Shown piece by piece: positions 35,786 to 46,026 of a stretch of 64,000 bases of DNA. Source of the DNA: Candidatus Adlerbacteria bacterium. GTDB lineage: Bacteria > Patescibacteriota > Minisyncoccia > Phycocordibacterales > SBAW01. The position numbers and the translations under genes are program-made. Positions within the stretch are counted from its first letter, which is position 1. Each line of letters begins with the position of its first letter. The notes beneath the pieces are model-generated. The model saw only the letters and a list, made by a program, of their open reading frames with translations. It searched no databases and had not been told where the DNA came from. The DNA lies in NCBI GenBank assembly GCA_028286685.1, contig JAQBRA010000005.1, forward strand, positions 16,726-80,725. The letters are read 5' to 3'.

Positions 35786-37865
35786 TCACACTTCTAATCC
35801 TTGATTTAGTTGGATCGTATGCAGCTTGCGCACTATTCCTCTCCCGGCGTCTACCTCAACCATATCGCCCATCTTTAGGACCTTGCTGCCGAATTGTGTC
35901 CCCACAATACTGGGGATGCCCAGCTCGCGGCTGACTATAGCAGTATGCGACAGCATGCCGCCCACGTCGGCGATAATAGCAGAGGCCTTGCGGATGGCAT
36001 CCATGTGCTCCGGCGCAGTGGTGGCCGCAACAAGCACTTGACCCTGCTTCATGTTGGCCATCTGCTCCCGCAGCTTTTCAAAATCGCCATAATCTAAGTC
36101 GAGCAAAAACACCTCACCCACAACGGGCCCGCCCGTTTTGTTGGCTGTAACGCCTTTGACGACATCCTGTCCATCAGCCGCAGAGGATATTTCGCCGAAT
36201 TGCGCGATGAACTCGAGAGCCCTTTTGCCTCGTAAAAACGTATATCCCTCATTCGAGGTAGTAAAGGCATACGCGAGCTTTCGCTGCCCCAACTCTTCTC
36301 CGCTGAGGGGTGCTCCATTAAATAGACTCAGCAGATCGTTAACCAAGTACCACTGAAGGTCGTCGCCCGGGATCTTAAACCGGGAGGCAAGCTCCCTTAC
36401 CGCTACCGAAAGCAGGCCAGCTTCGCCGAATACTTCGCTGTTGTATTCCTCCCGGAACAGGTTTTTCTTTTTCTCTACCTCCTGCAGATTAGCCTCTACG
36501 GAAGCGTTGGTTTTGGAAAACTCAAATGCACCATCGGTGTAGGCAAAGTCGAAATGTGCGTATGCTTTATGGAGGCCGATCAGCGTCTGGAACACCTCTT
36601 GTGCTTGGATTTCCGAAATGCCGGTTGCAAGACTTGCGGCAAGGGTAGAGCTTTTTTTGATCAACTTTTCGAAGCCGGACATGGCCTCCGTTATGGAGTC
36701 TTTATTGGAGAAGAACACCTTCCCCATCTCATGCATTTTTAAAACCTGCGAATTGGAGTAAAACTGACGCGCAGTATCCCCCTTATAGGTCGCAACAGAC
36801 CCGGGCGGCAAGTAGCCACGAGAGACAATTTCATAAAAAAGAGGCCTCAAGCCACGTCCTTCGTACGTCAAAACGTAATCCTTAGCTTTAGGGATTGAAG
36901 GGGGTGCGGATTCCGAAGTACCGGAAAGCGTCGTGATAGGGCGGCTTTGTACGACATAAAACGCCCCAGCTTCGTATGCCCACTCTATATCGCACGGGAA
37001 GCCGTAATGGTCCTCTATTTTTACGACAATGCTGGACAGTTCCAATATCTGATCTCCGATCAGCACCTGCGTCGACGCCTTGGGCTCGGCGATATCTTGC
37101 CACTCGTTGCCGCCGTTTACGGCGCGATACAAGCCGCGGGCCTGCACTGCCACATTTATATCCAGGATTTTGCGGGGAGCCTTCTCCACCACATAGCTGT
37201 CGGGGGTCACCTGGCCCGATACTATTGCCTCGCCCAGGCCCCACCCGGCCTCGATAATGAGCTGGTTTCTATCTTCGGTCACCGGGTGGACCGAGAACGC
37301 GATACCCGACATCTCACTTGCGACCATTTTCTGCACTACGACCGCGACCGATATTTTTGTCAGCTGTAGCTCCTTTTCGAACCGGTAAAAGATAGCCCTC
37401 GACGTAAAAAGAGATGCCCAGCAGCGCTGTACGTTTTTGAGCAATTCGGCCTCGGTCGTATTTAAATAGCTGTCGAGCTGCCCTGCCCATGCCGCAGAAG
37501 CCGAATCTTCAGCCGTGGCACTGCTACGCACCGCTACAAACTCCGCATCTAGGTCTTTAAAGCTTTTTTTTATCTCCCCTGCTATGTCGGCCGGCATCTG
37601 TGCCATCAATATCAACGCCTGTATCTTCTCGGAGGCATGCTCGACCGTATGCATCTCTTGAGTGTTCAACAGTACCTACGATTGCGTCGATTTCCTGCAG
37701 CAGGTCAGCCTCATGCAAAAACCGCTCAAACGTATCGGCCAAAACTACAAATCCTGGCGGCACCGGTATGCCCGCCTGGGTCATCTCACCCAGCGAGGCG
37801 CCCTTGCCGCCTGCAATGGCGGCATCGTACTTATTCAAGCTCCCGAATGTTCGAACAAGTTCCAT
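35786..37865 (-). pseudogene. PEP synthase/PPDK-like phosphotransferase (ATP-grasp + central domain + His swivel), split by a frameshift near 37665
   Basis: Fragment 1 GGKGASLGEM..PVPPGF; fragment 2 VAVRSSATAED, DIEWA..QSRPIT, GGMLSHTAIVSRELGIP; removing one base joins them as ..GTV-NTQEMH.. Confidence 0.8.
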
Positions 37866-37904
37866 AGCGGTAGTATATAGCCAATTGCTTTAGCGTGGGT
37901 ACTT

Positions 37905-38012
37905 CATATTTTGCGGTCGATCTCGGCTCGTCGTCCCGCCAGTGCGGGACATGGCTGTGCCCGGCACAAAAGCAGAAAACCTGCCGCAGGGCAGATATTT
38001 CTGTCTTTTATG
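37905..38012 (-). repeat. tRNA-associated structured element, copy B (after tRNA-Arg TCT; truncated)
   Basis: GACAGAAATATCTGCC-CTGC-GGCAGGTTTTCTGC then CAGCCATG-TCCCGC/GCGGGA stem. Confidence 0.6.
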
Positions 38013-38084
38013 TGCCCCTGCGAGGAATCGAACCTCGAATAACGGCTTAGAAGTCCGCAGTTATATCCATTTAACTACAGGGGC
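38013..38084 (-). tRNA. tRNA-Arg(TCT)
   Basis: GCCCCTGTAGTTAAATGGATATAAC..CTTCTAA..GGTTCGATTCCTCGCAGGGGCA. Confidence 0.93.
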
Positions 38085-38088
38085 ATGC

Positions 38089-38709
38089 CTACAGACCCAA
38101 AACGTTGAACCGCACCATACCATATATGATACCAAGCACCAGAACCGCCACCGCCACCCACAGGAAGTAGCGGTTGAGCACATCAAGTATGCGGGGCCCC
38201 ATGCGGTGCACCATGTACGCCACTAGGGTAAAGCGCAGTGCCCGCCCTGCCAAGAATCCAACGGCATACGGCAGGAGCGGCACGCCGAAGAATCCGGATA
38301 AAATAGTAAATACTTTGTCAGGCAACGGCGTAAAGGTAACAAAGAACATGACGACAAAGATGCTGCCCCCGAGCAGGAATTGCGCTTGCGCATGGAGATC
38401 GCCGAGCCCGAAGTATGCGAGAAGGCCCTCTCCAAAATAGTAAAAAGCGAGCATTCCAATACCGTAGCCAACCAAGCCGCCCAGGAATGAAAAAGCAGTA
38501 GTAAGCGCAGCATACGCCTTCCATCGCCGGTCGTTGCTGCCGGCCAGAAGCATGGCGACCATCAAGGTCTCAGGGACTATGGGAGAGATGATGGGCTCCA
38601 AGAACGAAAGTATTGCAAGCCACATCTTGGCGTGCTGGCTGTGCGCCCGCTGTGAAAACCACGCCCAAGAGCGCTCGCCGCGCTCGGTAATATGTTCAAG
38701 GAGGTGCAT
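38089..38709 (-). CDS. YqaA/DedA (VTT) family membrane protein
   Basis: LSFLE....P.VPE, GGLVGY.IG, FTPLP.KVFTILSG, GRALRF. Confidence 0.85.
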   Translation of the reverse strand: MHLLEHITERGERSWAWFSQRAHSQHAKMWLAILSFLEPIISPIVPETLMVAMLLAGSNDRRWKAYAALTTAFSFLGGLVGYGIGMLAFYYFGEGLLAYFGLGDLHAQAQFLLGGSIFVVMFFVTFTPLPDKVFTILSGFFGVPLLPYAVGFLAGRALRFTLVAYMVHRMGPRILDVLNRYFLWVAVAVLVLGIIYGMVRFNVLGL

Positions 38710-38714
38710 TAGTT

Positions 38715-39044
38715 TTAGCGCGCCTTGGCGCCTGCGGGCGCGCTCGTTTCAAATAAATTAAAGGGAGTATCGGCATCTCCTCCGGTCGCCAGTATCATGG
38801 CTTGGCTCTCAAGCCCCATCATGCTGCGGGGCGCCAAGTTGGTCACGAAAGGATAGCGCTTCCCCACCAGGGCTTGTATATCTTCAAAATACGGCGCGAT
38901 GCCGGACAGGACTTGGCGCGGAGCCTCCTCGCCGAAATTAACTGAGAGCTTCAGGAGCTTCTCGCTCCCCTCGATGCGCTCAACGGAGAGTATCTCCCCC
39001 ACCGTTATCTCGACCTTCTTGAAGTCGTCTATTGAAATTTCCAT
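38715..39044 (-). CDS. Stand-alone tRNA-binding OB-fold protein (Trbp111/MetG C-terminal-like)
   Basis: ISIDDFKKV, EKLLKL.V.FG, RQVLSGI, NLAPR.MMGLESQAMIL. Confidence 0.9.
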   Translation of the reverse strand: MEISIDDFKKVEITVGEILSVERIEGSEKLLKLSVNFGEEAPRQVLSGIAPYFEDIQALVGKRYPFVTNLAPRSMMGLESQAMILATGGDADTPFNLFETSAPAGAKAR

Positions 39045-39064
39045 ATATGCATTGTAGCAAACTC

Positions 39065-39475
39065 CTACTTCTTTCGATCGAGATAGCTCTGGAGTATCAG
39101 CGCCGCGGCCGAGGCGTCCAAGTTGTCATGCTTGGGGTTGGCCTTGCGCGACTTGTCGCTGGGGGCGAACTGCCGCGCCGCCAGGGTCGAGGTAAAGAAC
39201 TCCCGCTCATACTCGCAGTGCAGGCCAGTGAGCTCCGCAAGGTCGTTTTTAAACTGCTCGATGTCCTCCATGATGTCGTTAGCTTCGCCCTTATGGTCGC
39301 GCGACTCGCCGATAACAAGGGCGCCTGCACCGTTATCTTTTGCCAGCTGCGCCACCGCCTCAAGCGCTTCCCTGCCTGCCCGCACCACGGTCAAGGGAAA
39401 CGCCAAAGAACCCGTATCGTCGGAGACGGCGATACCGATCTTTTTTGTTCCGTAATCTATGCCTAAATATTTCAT
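39065..39475 (-). CDS. ruvX: YqgF/RuvX pre-16S rRNA nuclease
   Basis: LGIDYGTKKIGIAVSD, E.FTS, DASAAALILQSYL. Confidence 0.92.
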   Translation of the reverse strand: MKYLGIDYGTKKIGIAVSDDTGSLAFPLTVVRAGREALEAVAQLAKDNGAGALVIGESRDHKGEANDIMEDIEQFKNDLAELTGLHCEYEREFFTSTLAARQFAPSDKSRKANPKHDNLDASAAALILQSYLDRKK

Positions 39476-39483
39476 ATCCTATG

Positions 39484-39568
39484 CGGAGGAGGTGAGATTC
39501 GAACTCACGGTGGGTTGCCCCACGCCGGTTTTCAAGACCGGTGCTTTAGACCACTCAGCCACTCCTCC
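39484..39568 (-). tRNA. tRNA-Ser(TGA)
   Basis: GGAGGAGTGGCTGAGTGGTCTAAAGC-ACCGGT-CTTGAAA-ACCGG, long variable arm. Confidence 0.95.
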
Positions 39569-39624
39569 TTCATATATCAACTTACAACAAACCCCGCTAA
39601 ACATATAGTTGTATAATAACTGCA

Positions 39625-40095
39625 ATGAACGAGCACGAAGGACAGGCTATATCCTGGCAAGTCGAGACGCACGAGCACCGCGAGCGCTCGACCGACTGGT
39701 ACTGGGGCTTAGGCATCGGGGCCGTAGTGGCCGCGGGCATTTCCCTTTTCTTCGGCAATATCCTCTTTGCGCTAATTATCCTTATTGGCCTGGGCTCTAT
39801 TGCAACGCTAACCGCCCGCGGTCCGCGCGAGCACTGGATAAAGATTGAGAGCCGCGGCGTCTCCGTAGACGGCACCCTGTACCGCTACGCTTCCATACAG
39901 TCGTTTTGGGTGCAGGCGGGCGAAAACCCCCGCCTCCTGCTCACCACTACCGGCATATTTTCCCCCCAAATGGTCATACCTTTGGGCAACATGACCCGGG
40001 CGCAGAACATCCGAACTTACCTTAAGCGCTTCACAACAGAGGAAGAACAGGAGGCCCATCTGGGAGAGCACCTCGCAGAACTCTTCGGTTTGTGA
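39625..40095 (+). CDS. Conserved 2-TM protein with PH-like C-terminal domain
   Basis: W...EH...ERS.DWYW, two TM helices, Y..I.SFW; TATAAT 7 nt upstream. Confidence 0.7.
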   Translation: MNEHEGQAISWQVETHEHRERSTDWYWGLGIGAVVAAGISLFFGNILFALIILIGLGSIATLTARGPREHWIKIESRGVSVDGTLYRYASIQSFWVQAGENPRLLLTTTGIFSPQMVIPLGNMTRAQNIRTYLKRFTTEEEQEAHLGEHLAELFGL

Positions 40096-40109
40096 TAGAA
40101 ATGAGCAAC

Positions 40110-40181
40110 GCTCCTGTCGTTCAATGGATAGGATGTAACCTTGCGGAGGTTAAGATGTAGGTTCGATTCCTACCAGGAGCA
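40110..40181 (+). tRNA. tRNA-Arg(GCG)
   Basis: GCTCCTG..TAACC-TTGCGGA-GGTTA..GGTTCGATTCCTACCAGGAGCA. Confidence 0.92.
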
Positions 40182-40314
40182 CAAAAGACAGAAATATCTC
40201 CCCTGCGGGAGATTTTCTGCTTTTGTGCTAGCCGGAGCGTTGCGCTGCACTTGCAGCGCCGTGAGGCAGGGCCGTGCGGCAATTTGTACGACGGTACAAA
40301 TTGAACGCCTGACC
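40182..40314 (+). repeat. tRNA-associated structured element, copy C
   Basis: GACAGAAATATCTCCC-CTGC-GGGAGATTTTCTGC + core AGCCGGAGCGTTG..CGACGG..CTGACC. Confidence 0.75.
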
Positions 40315-40385
40315 ACATGTGCTTTCCGGGGTCACAACGTGCTGGTCGCAACGGCTCCAAGTCCGTATAGTGTGTAAGCAGCAGC

Positions 40386-40457
40386 GCTTCCGTCGTTCAA
40401 TGGATAGGATGCCTCCCTCCGAAGGAGGCGATGTAGGTTCGATTCCTACCGGAAGCA
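40386..40457 (+). tRNA. tRNA-Arg(CCG)
   Basis: GCTTCCG..CCTCC-CTCCGAA-GGAGG..GGTTCGATTCCTACCGGAAGCA. Confidence 0.92.
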
Positions 40458-40495
40458 CAAGGCCTAACAAAAACTCCCCGTGCGGGGAGTTTTTG

Positions 40496-40741
40496 TTAGG
40501 CCTTCTTGAGGAGCTTGGAGGCGAGGGCTTTGCGGCGGGCTGCCGTATTCTTCTTGATAATCCCGCGCTTGAGCGCCTTGTCTATCGCCTGGTAGGCGGC
40601 AGAGAGGGTCTTTGCATCGCCCTTTTCGCCTGTGCGGGCGGTCTTCATAGCGTTGCGTAGGCCGTCGCGACGCTTAGCATTCTGCGCCTTCTTGCGCAGG
40701 GACTGGCGGTGGGCCTTTTTTGCCGATTTGGTAATTGCCAT
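40496..40741 (-). CDS. rpsT: 30S ribosomal protein S20
   Basis: MAITKSAKKA.RQS, AIDKA.KRGIIKKNTAARRK. Confidence 0.95.
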   Translation of the reverse strand: MAITKSAKKAHRQSLRKKAQNAKRRDGLRNAMKTARTGEKGDAKTLSAAYQAIDKALKRGIIKKNTAARRKALASKLLKKA

Positions 40742-40810
40742 ATGTAGAGACGATACTACTACATTACGGTCAAGCGGGCAACTCTGAGAGCCCTAGGATA
40801 TACTTACCCC

Positions 40811-41404
40811 ATGATAGGTAAGCTCACGGGCACTTGGGGCGGCTCTGAAGACGGCATGGGCCTGGTGGAGGTCGGGGGCGTCGGATACTGCGTGCGGGTC
40901 CCCTTCTATACCCTCACCACTCCCTTGGGGAGCCTGGTCTCTCTCTTTATCCATACCTCGGTGCGCGAGGATGCCCTCGACTTATTCGGGTTCGCCACGC
41001 AAGAAGAGCTCTCGTTTTTCCGCCAGCTCACTTCGGTCTCGGGCGTAGGACCCAAGACCGCGCTCGGCGTCCTTAACGTTTCCGACATCAAGAGCCTCAA
41101 GCGCTCTATTGCCGCCGGCGATGCCGGAGCGCTCACCAAAGTATTCGGTATCGGCAAAAAGAGCGCCGAGCGCATCGTAGTGGAGCTGCGCGACAAGCTC
41201 TCCCTTGAACAATCCACCAAGCCGCAGGAGGCCAGCGCGCTCTCGGGTTACGACGGCGAAGTTATCGAGGCGCTTATGGCCTTGGGTTACCGCGCCGACG
41301 AGAGCCGCGCCGCTCTGCGCGCCATAGGAACAGAAGGCCAGGACAATATCAAAGAGCGCCTAGGCGCCGCGCTCAAGCGCATGGGTGCCCGCAATGCGGC
41401 ATAG
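40811..41404 (+). CDS. ruvA: Holliday junction branch migration protein RuvA
   Basis: MIGKLTG, VGGVGY, VRED...LFGF, VSGVGPK, GIGKKSAERIVVEL. Confidence 0.96.
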   Translation: MIGKLTGTWGGSEDGMGLVEVGGVGYCVRVPFYTLTTPLGSLVSLFIHTSVREDALDLFGFATQEELSFFRQLTSVSGVGPKTALGVLNVSDIKSLKRSIAAGDAGALTKVFGIGKKSAERIVVELRDKLSLEQSTKPQEASALSGYDGEVIEALMALGYRADESRAALRAIGTEGQDNIKERLGAALKRMGARNAA

Positions 41405-41464
41405 AAATTTATGAAAATTTATATGCTTGTCGCTCGCTAAATCATAACCATCATCTAACAGGCC

Positions 41465-42712
41465 ATGAAAAATTTTATACTCAAGCTGACTCCCCCTTTT
41501 GTTTTGGATGCCTACCACTTGGCATGGGCGCACGGGAGCGCATATTGGTACGGGCACCCAAGCAGAAAAATGGTCGTCATCGGCATCACCGGCACCAAGG
41601 GCAAGTCGACGACTGCCGAGCTGGTGCGCCACATGCTCGCCCAAACCGGACACACCGTAGCACTCGCTTCGACTATCCGCTTTATGGTCGGCGACGCGCA
41701 GGAGCGCAACCTGTTTAAGATGACCATGCCGGGACGCGGCTATATACAAAAATTCCTCCGCCAGGCGCTTGATGCTGGCTGCACGCATGCCGTTGTAGAA
41801 CTCACCTCCGAGGGCGCTCTCCAGCACCGGCACGCGGGCCTTGAGCTTAACGCGCTCGTCTTTACCAACCTCGCCCCCGAGCATATCGAGCGGCACGGAA
41901 GCTACGAAGCCTACGCTGCCGCCAAGCTTTCTTTAGCGGAACATCTCTCACGCTCATCCAAGCGTCCGCGCATCATCGTAGCCAATGCCGACGACGAGTA
42001 CGGCAAGGATTTTTTGGCCGTCGAGGCGGAGAAGCGCGCGCCTTTCTCGCTTGCGGATGCCGAGCCCTATACTGCCGACGACCGGAGCGTGCGGTTTTTG
42101 TGGCGAGGCACCTTGTTCAGCATTCCCCTGCCCGGGCTCTTTAACCTTAAGAACTGCCTGGCGACATTGACGCTCGGAGAAGCGCTCGGGCTCTCGACCG
42201 AAAAGATGAAGCAGGCTCTCGAGCGTGTCTCCCCGGTAGCGGGCCGTGCTCAGCGCATAGAGCAGGGCCAGCCGTTCTCGGTCGTGGTGGACTACGCGCA
42301 CACGCCCGACTCCTTGCGGGCCCTGTACGAAACGTACCGCAACAAGCGAATGATCTGCGTCCTGGGCTCTACCGGCGGCGGACGCGACACCTGGAAGCGC
42401 CCGGAGATGGGCCGCATTGCCGACGAGCTGTGCGATATCGCGATACTCACCGACGAGGATCCGTACGACGAGGATCCGCTCAAGATCATTGAAGAACTCT
42501 CGGCAGGATTCTCGGCACGCGCGCCGCGCGTCATCCTGGATCGTCGCGCCGCTATTGCCGCCGCATTTGCCGAGGCAAAGGACCAGGATGATGTGGTACT
42601 TATCACCGGCAAAGGCACTGACCCTTACATCATGGGCCCCAAGGGCACCAAGGTAGCCTGGAGCGATGCGCAAGTGGCTCAGGAGGAGCTCATTAAGCTC
42701 GGGTATAATTAG
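41465..42712 (+). CDS. murE: UDP-MurNAc-tripeptide synthetase
   Basis: GITGTKGKST, FTNLAPEH, VVDYAHTPDSL, GGGRD.WKR, GKG. Confidence 0.88.
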   Translation: MKNFILKLTPPFVLDAYHLAWAHGSAYWYGHPSRKMVVIGITGTKGKSTTAELVRHMLAQTGHTVALASTIRFMVGDAQERNLFKMTMPGRGYIQKFLRQALDAGCTHAVVELTSEGALQHRHAGLELNALVFTNLAPEHIERHGSYEAYAAAKLSLAEHLSRSSKRPRIIVANADDEYGKDFLAVEAEKRAPFSLADAEPYTADDRSVRFLWRGTLFSIPLPGLFNLKNCLATLTLGEALGLSTEKMKQALERVSPVAGRAQRIEQGQPFSVVVDYAHTPDSLRALYETYRNKRMICVLGSTGGGRDTWKRPEMGRIADELCDIAILTDEDPYDEDPLKIIEELSAGFSARAPRVILDRRAAIAAAFAEAKDQDDVVLITGKGTDPYIMGPKGTKVAWSDAQVAQEELIKLGYN

Positions 42713-42796
42713 GAGAGCCGCGTAGGTCGCATTTAAAAGGATAATGCGACATGGTTCCTCGGAACCAACGCCGCGGCATAATTTCGACTAAATCAT

Positions 42797-43018
42797 ATGG
42801 CAGACGAAAAAAAAGAAGGGAGCGGAGAGACCGCAGGGCAGGCCGCACTCTCCGTATTGGGCGTTTTAGCAATTTTAGTAATCTTATGGTTTGCCAACGG
42901 CGGGCCTCAAAAAGCAGATCTTCGGGGAGTGTTCCTGGCTCCTCCGGCACCGGTAGGCCCGGGCAATGCGTATGGCCCTGAAGTAGGCACACCGGCCCCG
43001 TACGCGCCCCAGCAATAA
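42797..43018 (+). CDS. Small single-TM protein with Pro-rich tail
   Basis: One hydrophobic helix; abuts the next gene. Confidence 0.6.
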   Translation: MADEKKEGSGETAGQAALSVLGVLAILVILWFANGGPQKADLRGVFLAPPAPVGPGNAYGPEVGTPAPYAPQQ

Positions 43019-43019
43019 T

Positions 43020-43415
43020 ATGCTCAATCTTTTCCCCGAACTCTTATATCCGTTCTTTGCGCCGACCCTGCTGCGCATGGGCGCTGCGGCAGCCTTTATA
43101 GCCATCGCTATCTGGCAGTGGAAGCATCAGGATGCCATCTCGCAGATAGAGCTCCCCTTCATCGGCCGCCAAAGCTGGTGGGTGTGGTTTTCACTCGTAG
43201 TGCATCTTTTGGTGGCTGCCGCGCTCTTGGTAGGCTACGCGACGCAAGTCGCTGCGGGAGTTGGCGCCCTTTTGGCGCTCAAGCAGGCATTTTGGTCAAA
43301 GCAGTATCCGCTCCTGTTCCCTCTTGGTCGTGCAGCGGGGCTTCTCTTGATCCTTATCTGCATCTCTCTGATAGTTTCGGGCGCTGGCGCCATGGCACAA
43401 GACTTGCCGCTCTAG
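43020..43415 (+). CDS. DoxX-like membrane protein
   Basis: P.LLR, LLVG..TQ.AA, GAGA.A.D. Confidence 0.65.
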   Translation: MLNLFPELLYPFFAPTLLRMGAAAAFIAIAIWQWKHQDAISQIELPFIGRQSWWVWFSLVVHLLVAAALLVGYATQVAAGVGALLALKQAFWSKQYPLLFPLGRAAGLLLILICISLIVSGAGAMAQDLPL

Positions 43416-43469
43416 CAGCTATACAAAAACTCCCCGCCGTGTGGCGGGGAGTTTTTGTATTAGGAATGA

Positions 43470-45413
43470 TTATTGCTGCGGGACAGGATTTTCGGTTGCC
43501 GGAGCCTCGGCTGCAGGCACCCCTGTTTCTTCTTCGGCAGGAGCAGTTGTCTCATCCGCAGGAGCCTCCGTGTCCGCTGCGGGCTCCTCCGGCGCAGCCG
43601 GTACGTCAGCTTCTGCAGGAGCAGCGGGCAGTTCGGCAGCAGGAGTTTCCGCCGGCACATCTTCAGGTGCATTACCTGCATTATCCTCGACTACTGGCTC
43701 TTGTGGAGCCGGAGCAGAGAAAGACCGGAGAGAAGCTGCGGCCGGAGCCGGGGCGGGCGTTACGTAGTACGTAATAGTCTTAGTGTCGTAGCTGTTCTGG
43801 CCCGATACGGTCAGTACCAGCTCTCCTTCCGCGTAATCGTCAGGAATTACGAAGCTTGAGTTATTGAAGGAGCCGGTGCTGTCGGCGGTAAAGGTTGCGA
43901 CGATCGCCGAACCCGAGCGGTCGGTGGTCACCGCAATCGTGTCGCCGCCCACATAGCCATGGCCAACGAAGGTCACTGCGGTGCCCGGGGCTCCCGCATA
44001 GGAGGCCAGCTGCAGATCGGTATAGACCGGCGCAACGGTCATGGTGGCGGTGCCCGGAGCACCCGAGGTCTCGCCGGTCGCCACAATCTGGGCGGGACCG
44101 GACGGCGCGTACGGCACGCGTGCGGCAATAGTTACGTCGCCCATAGAATCTGCGGTGCCGGAGCCGAGCTCTTGGCTGCCGCTCTTGGCGACCACTTCCT
44201 CGCCCGGCAAGTAGTTATGGCCCGTAATAGTGAGCGGCATGCCGCCCTTTTCGTACCACGTCGAGAGATTGATCCATGAGTAGTACGCGCCTATCGCCAT
44301 ATCGAAGCTTGGGTTAGAGCCGCTCTTTTCTCCCGTAGCGCTGATAGTTGCCAGGCTGTTGGGAGTCGTAGGGACTTTGACCATAAGGCCCGAGAAGCTG
44401 CCTAGAGCATTGGTGTGGGCCGTGCCTACCTCGTCGCCCTCCACCTCAACAACCACATCCTCGTCAGGCGCAAAGCCCGATCCTGCAAGCGTAATCTGCA
44501 TACCCGGTGCCGAGTAGTACGAAGACGGATTAAGCGAAGAGTAGAAGTTGGCGCGGGTAATAGGCGCCTCGGCTGCTGCCTCTGAAAGATCACCGACGAC
44601 GCGGTACTCGGCCAAGCCGGTGCCGTACGGAATAGTTACCTGTGCCTGGCCCATGAACGAACCGGATGCGTCCGCTATGCCGTGCGCGACCGCCTCATCA
44701 TCATCGCCCAAGTAAACGGAAACCGGCTCATTAAGGCCGAAGCCGCCGCCCGTAAAGGTAACCATATTGCCTGGGAGTATGTACCAGGCAGACGGAGAGA
44801 CGTAGGGGTATAGGTCGGCGACTGAGAGCGACATACTCATCGAAGCGCCGGTGTTACCGCCCTTGATAACGTAGGCATTCGTGCCGCCATGCAGCGAGAA
44901 CGGTACCGTGCTTGCTCCCGCATTCGTAAACGCGCCATTAGCATCGGCCGCAAAAGACGCGATGGTTTCGCCGTCGCGCTTAACCGTAATAGGCTCGTTG
45001 GGCGCAAAGCCCGAGCCGCTCCATGAGAGCATCGAGCCCGGCGCCATGTACCAGGAGCTTGGCGACACTTGCGGGTACAGCGACTGTACGTAGAGATAGC
45101 TAAATGCCACCTGTCCGGACGTCTGCCCTATGCCGATGACGATATAGAGGCCCGACGGCACATTAGGAATAGTGAGCGCTGCGCCAGAAAACGCGCCCTG
45201 CGCGTTTGCGGTCGCGGTCGTGTTGGAGAGCCCGAGCAGTACCTGCACTTGCTCCCCTGCCGCAAAGCCCGAGCCTCCTACGGTTATCGGCGCATATGCC
45301 GTGTTGCCGCCCGAAACGGAAAGTGACGGAGCCGCCGCAAACGCAATTGATGCAAACGCGAACAAGCTCAGTACTGCGCCCATAAGCACCCCGCCTCGCA
45401 TGGTTGTTGTCAT
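43470..45413 (-). CDS. Secreted protein with ~6 tandem Ig-like repeats and acidic Pro/Ala/Glu tail
   Basis: Signal peptide (AFA-A); repeated G[SG]GFA.[NGD]E.V motif about every 90 aa. Confidence 0.8.
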   Translation of the reverse strand: MTTTMRGGVLMGAVLSLFAFASIAFAAAPSLSVSGGNTAYAPITVGGSGFAAGEQVQVLLGLSNTTATANAQGAFSGAALTIPNVPSGLYIVIGIGQTSGQVAFSYLYVQSLYPQVSPSSWYMAPGSMLSWSGSGFAPNEPITVKRDGETIASFAADANGAFTNAGASTVPFSLHGGTNAYVIKGGNTGASMSMSLSVADLYPYVSPSAWYILPGNMVTFTGGGFGLNEPVSVYLGDDDEAVAHGIADASGSFMGQAQVTIPYGTGLAEYRVVGDLSEAAAEAPITRANFYSSLNPSSYYSAPGMQITLAGSGFAPDEDVVVEVEGDEVGTAHTNALGSFSGLMVKVPTTPNSLATISATGEKSGSNPSFDMAIGAYYSWINLSTWYEKGGMPLTITGHNYLPGEEVVAKSGSQELGSGTADSMGDVTIAARVPYAPSGPAQIVATGETSGAPGTATMTVAPVYTDLQLASYAGAPGTAVTFVGHGYVGGDTIAVTTDRSGSAIVATFTADSTGSFNNSSFVIPDDYAEGELVLTVSGQNSYDTKTITYYVTPAPAPAAASLRSFSAPAPQEPVVEDNAGNAPEDVPAETPAAELPAAPAEADVPAAPEEPAADTEAPADETTAPAEEETGVPAAEAPATENPVPQQ

Positions 45414-45549
45414 ATATATTGTAATGCGCACCTGATAAATGAAGGGCACGTAAAACGCTCAGGGATCAGGCGCAACAATACATGGAGTAGCCTAAAGGAT
45501 TTATGAAATCGCCATTCATAAAAAGCACAGACTCTGCTACTGTAGCGCC

Positions 45550-46020
45550 ATGCCGGTGTTGGTTTTGCACAATATACGCAGCGCCCACAACGTGGGGTCT
45601 ATGTTCCGCACCGCCGATGGCGCGGGGATAGGACGTATCATTTTGAGCGGCTACACGCCGGGGCCAGTAGACCCACACGGCAAAGTACGCAAGGATTTTA
45701 TAAAAGTGTCGCTGGGCGCGGAGACGTTTGTCCCCTGGGATCGCTCTAAGCAGCTCTCCCCTGCTCTTAAGAAATTAAAGGCCGAAGGTTATACGATCGT
45801 AGCTGTGGAACAAACAGAAAACTCCATAAGCGTCTTTGACTACAAAAATAAGCCATACGAGAAACTCGCCATCGTGATGGGCAACGAAGTCCGCGGCATC
45901 AACAAGCAGTCGCTCAAGCACTGCGATCTGGCCGTCGAAATCCCCATGCGCGGCAAAAAAGAATCCTTAAACGTAGGCGTCGCCTGCGGTATAGCCTTGT
46001 TTACTCTCCTTAAAAAGTGA
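45550..46020 (+). CDS. TrmH/SpoU-family RNA methyltransferase
   Basis: NIRSAHNVGSMFRT, GNEVRG, EIPM.G.KESLNV. Confidence 0.92.
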   Translation: MPVLVLHNIRSAHNVGSMFRTADGAGIGRIILSGYTPGPVDPHGKVRKDFIKVSLGAETFVPWDRSKQLSPALKKLKAEGYTIVAVEQTENSISVFDYKNKPYEKLAIVMGNEVRGINKQSLKHCDLAVEIPMRGKKESLNVGVACGIALFTLLKK

Positions 46021-46026
46021 TAATAT

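Noticed and set aside
35744-38012. tRNA-anchored genomic island or prophage around the PEP-synthase-like gene
   Set aside because: No integrase and no duplicated tRNA end; it is a single gene between two tRNAs.
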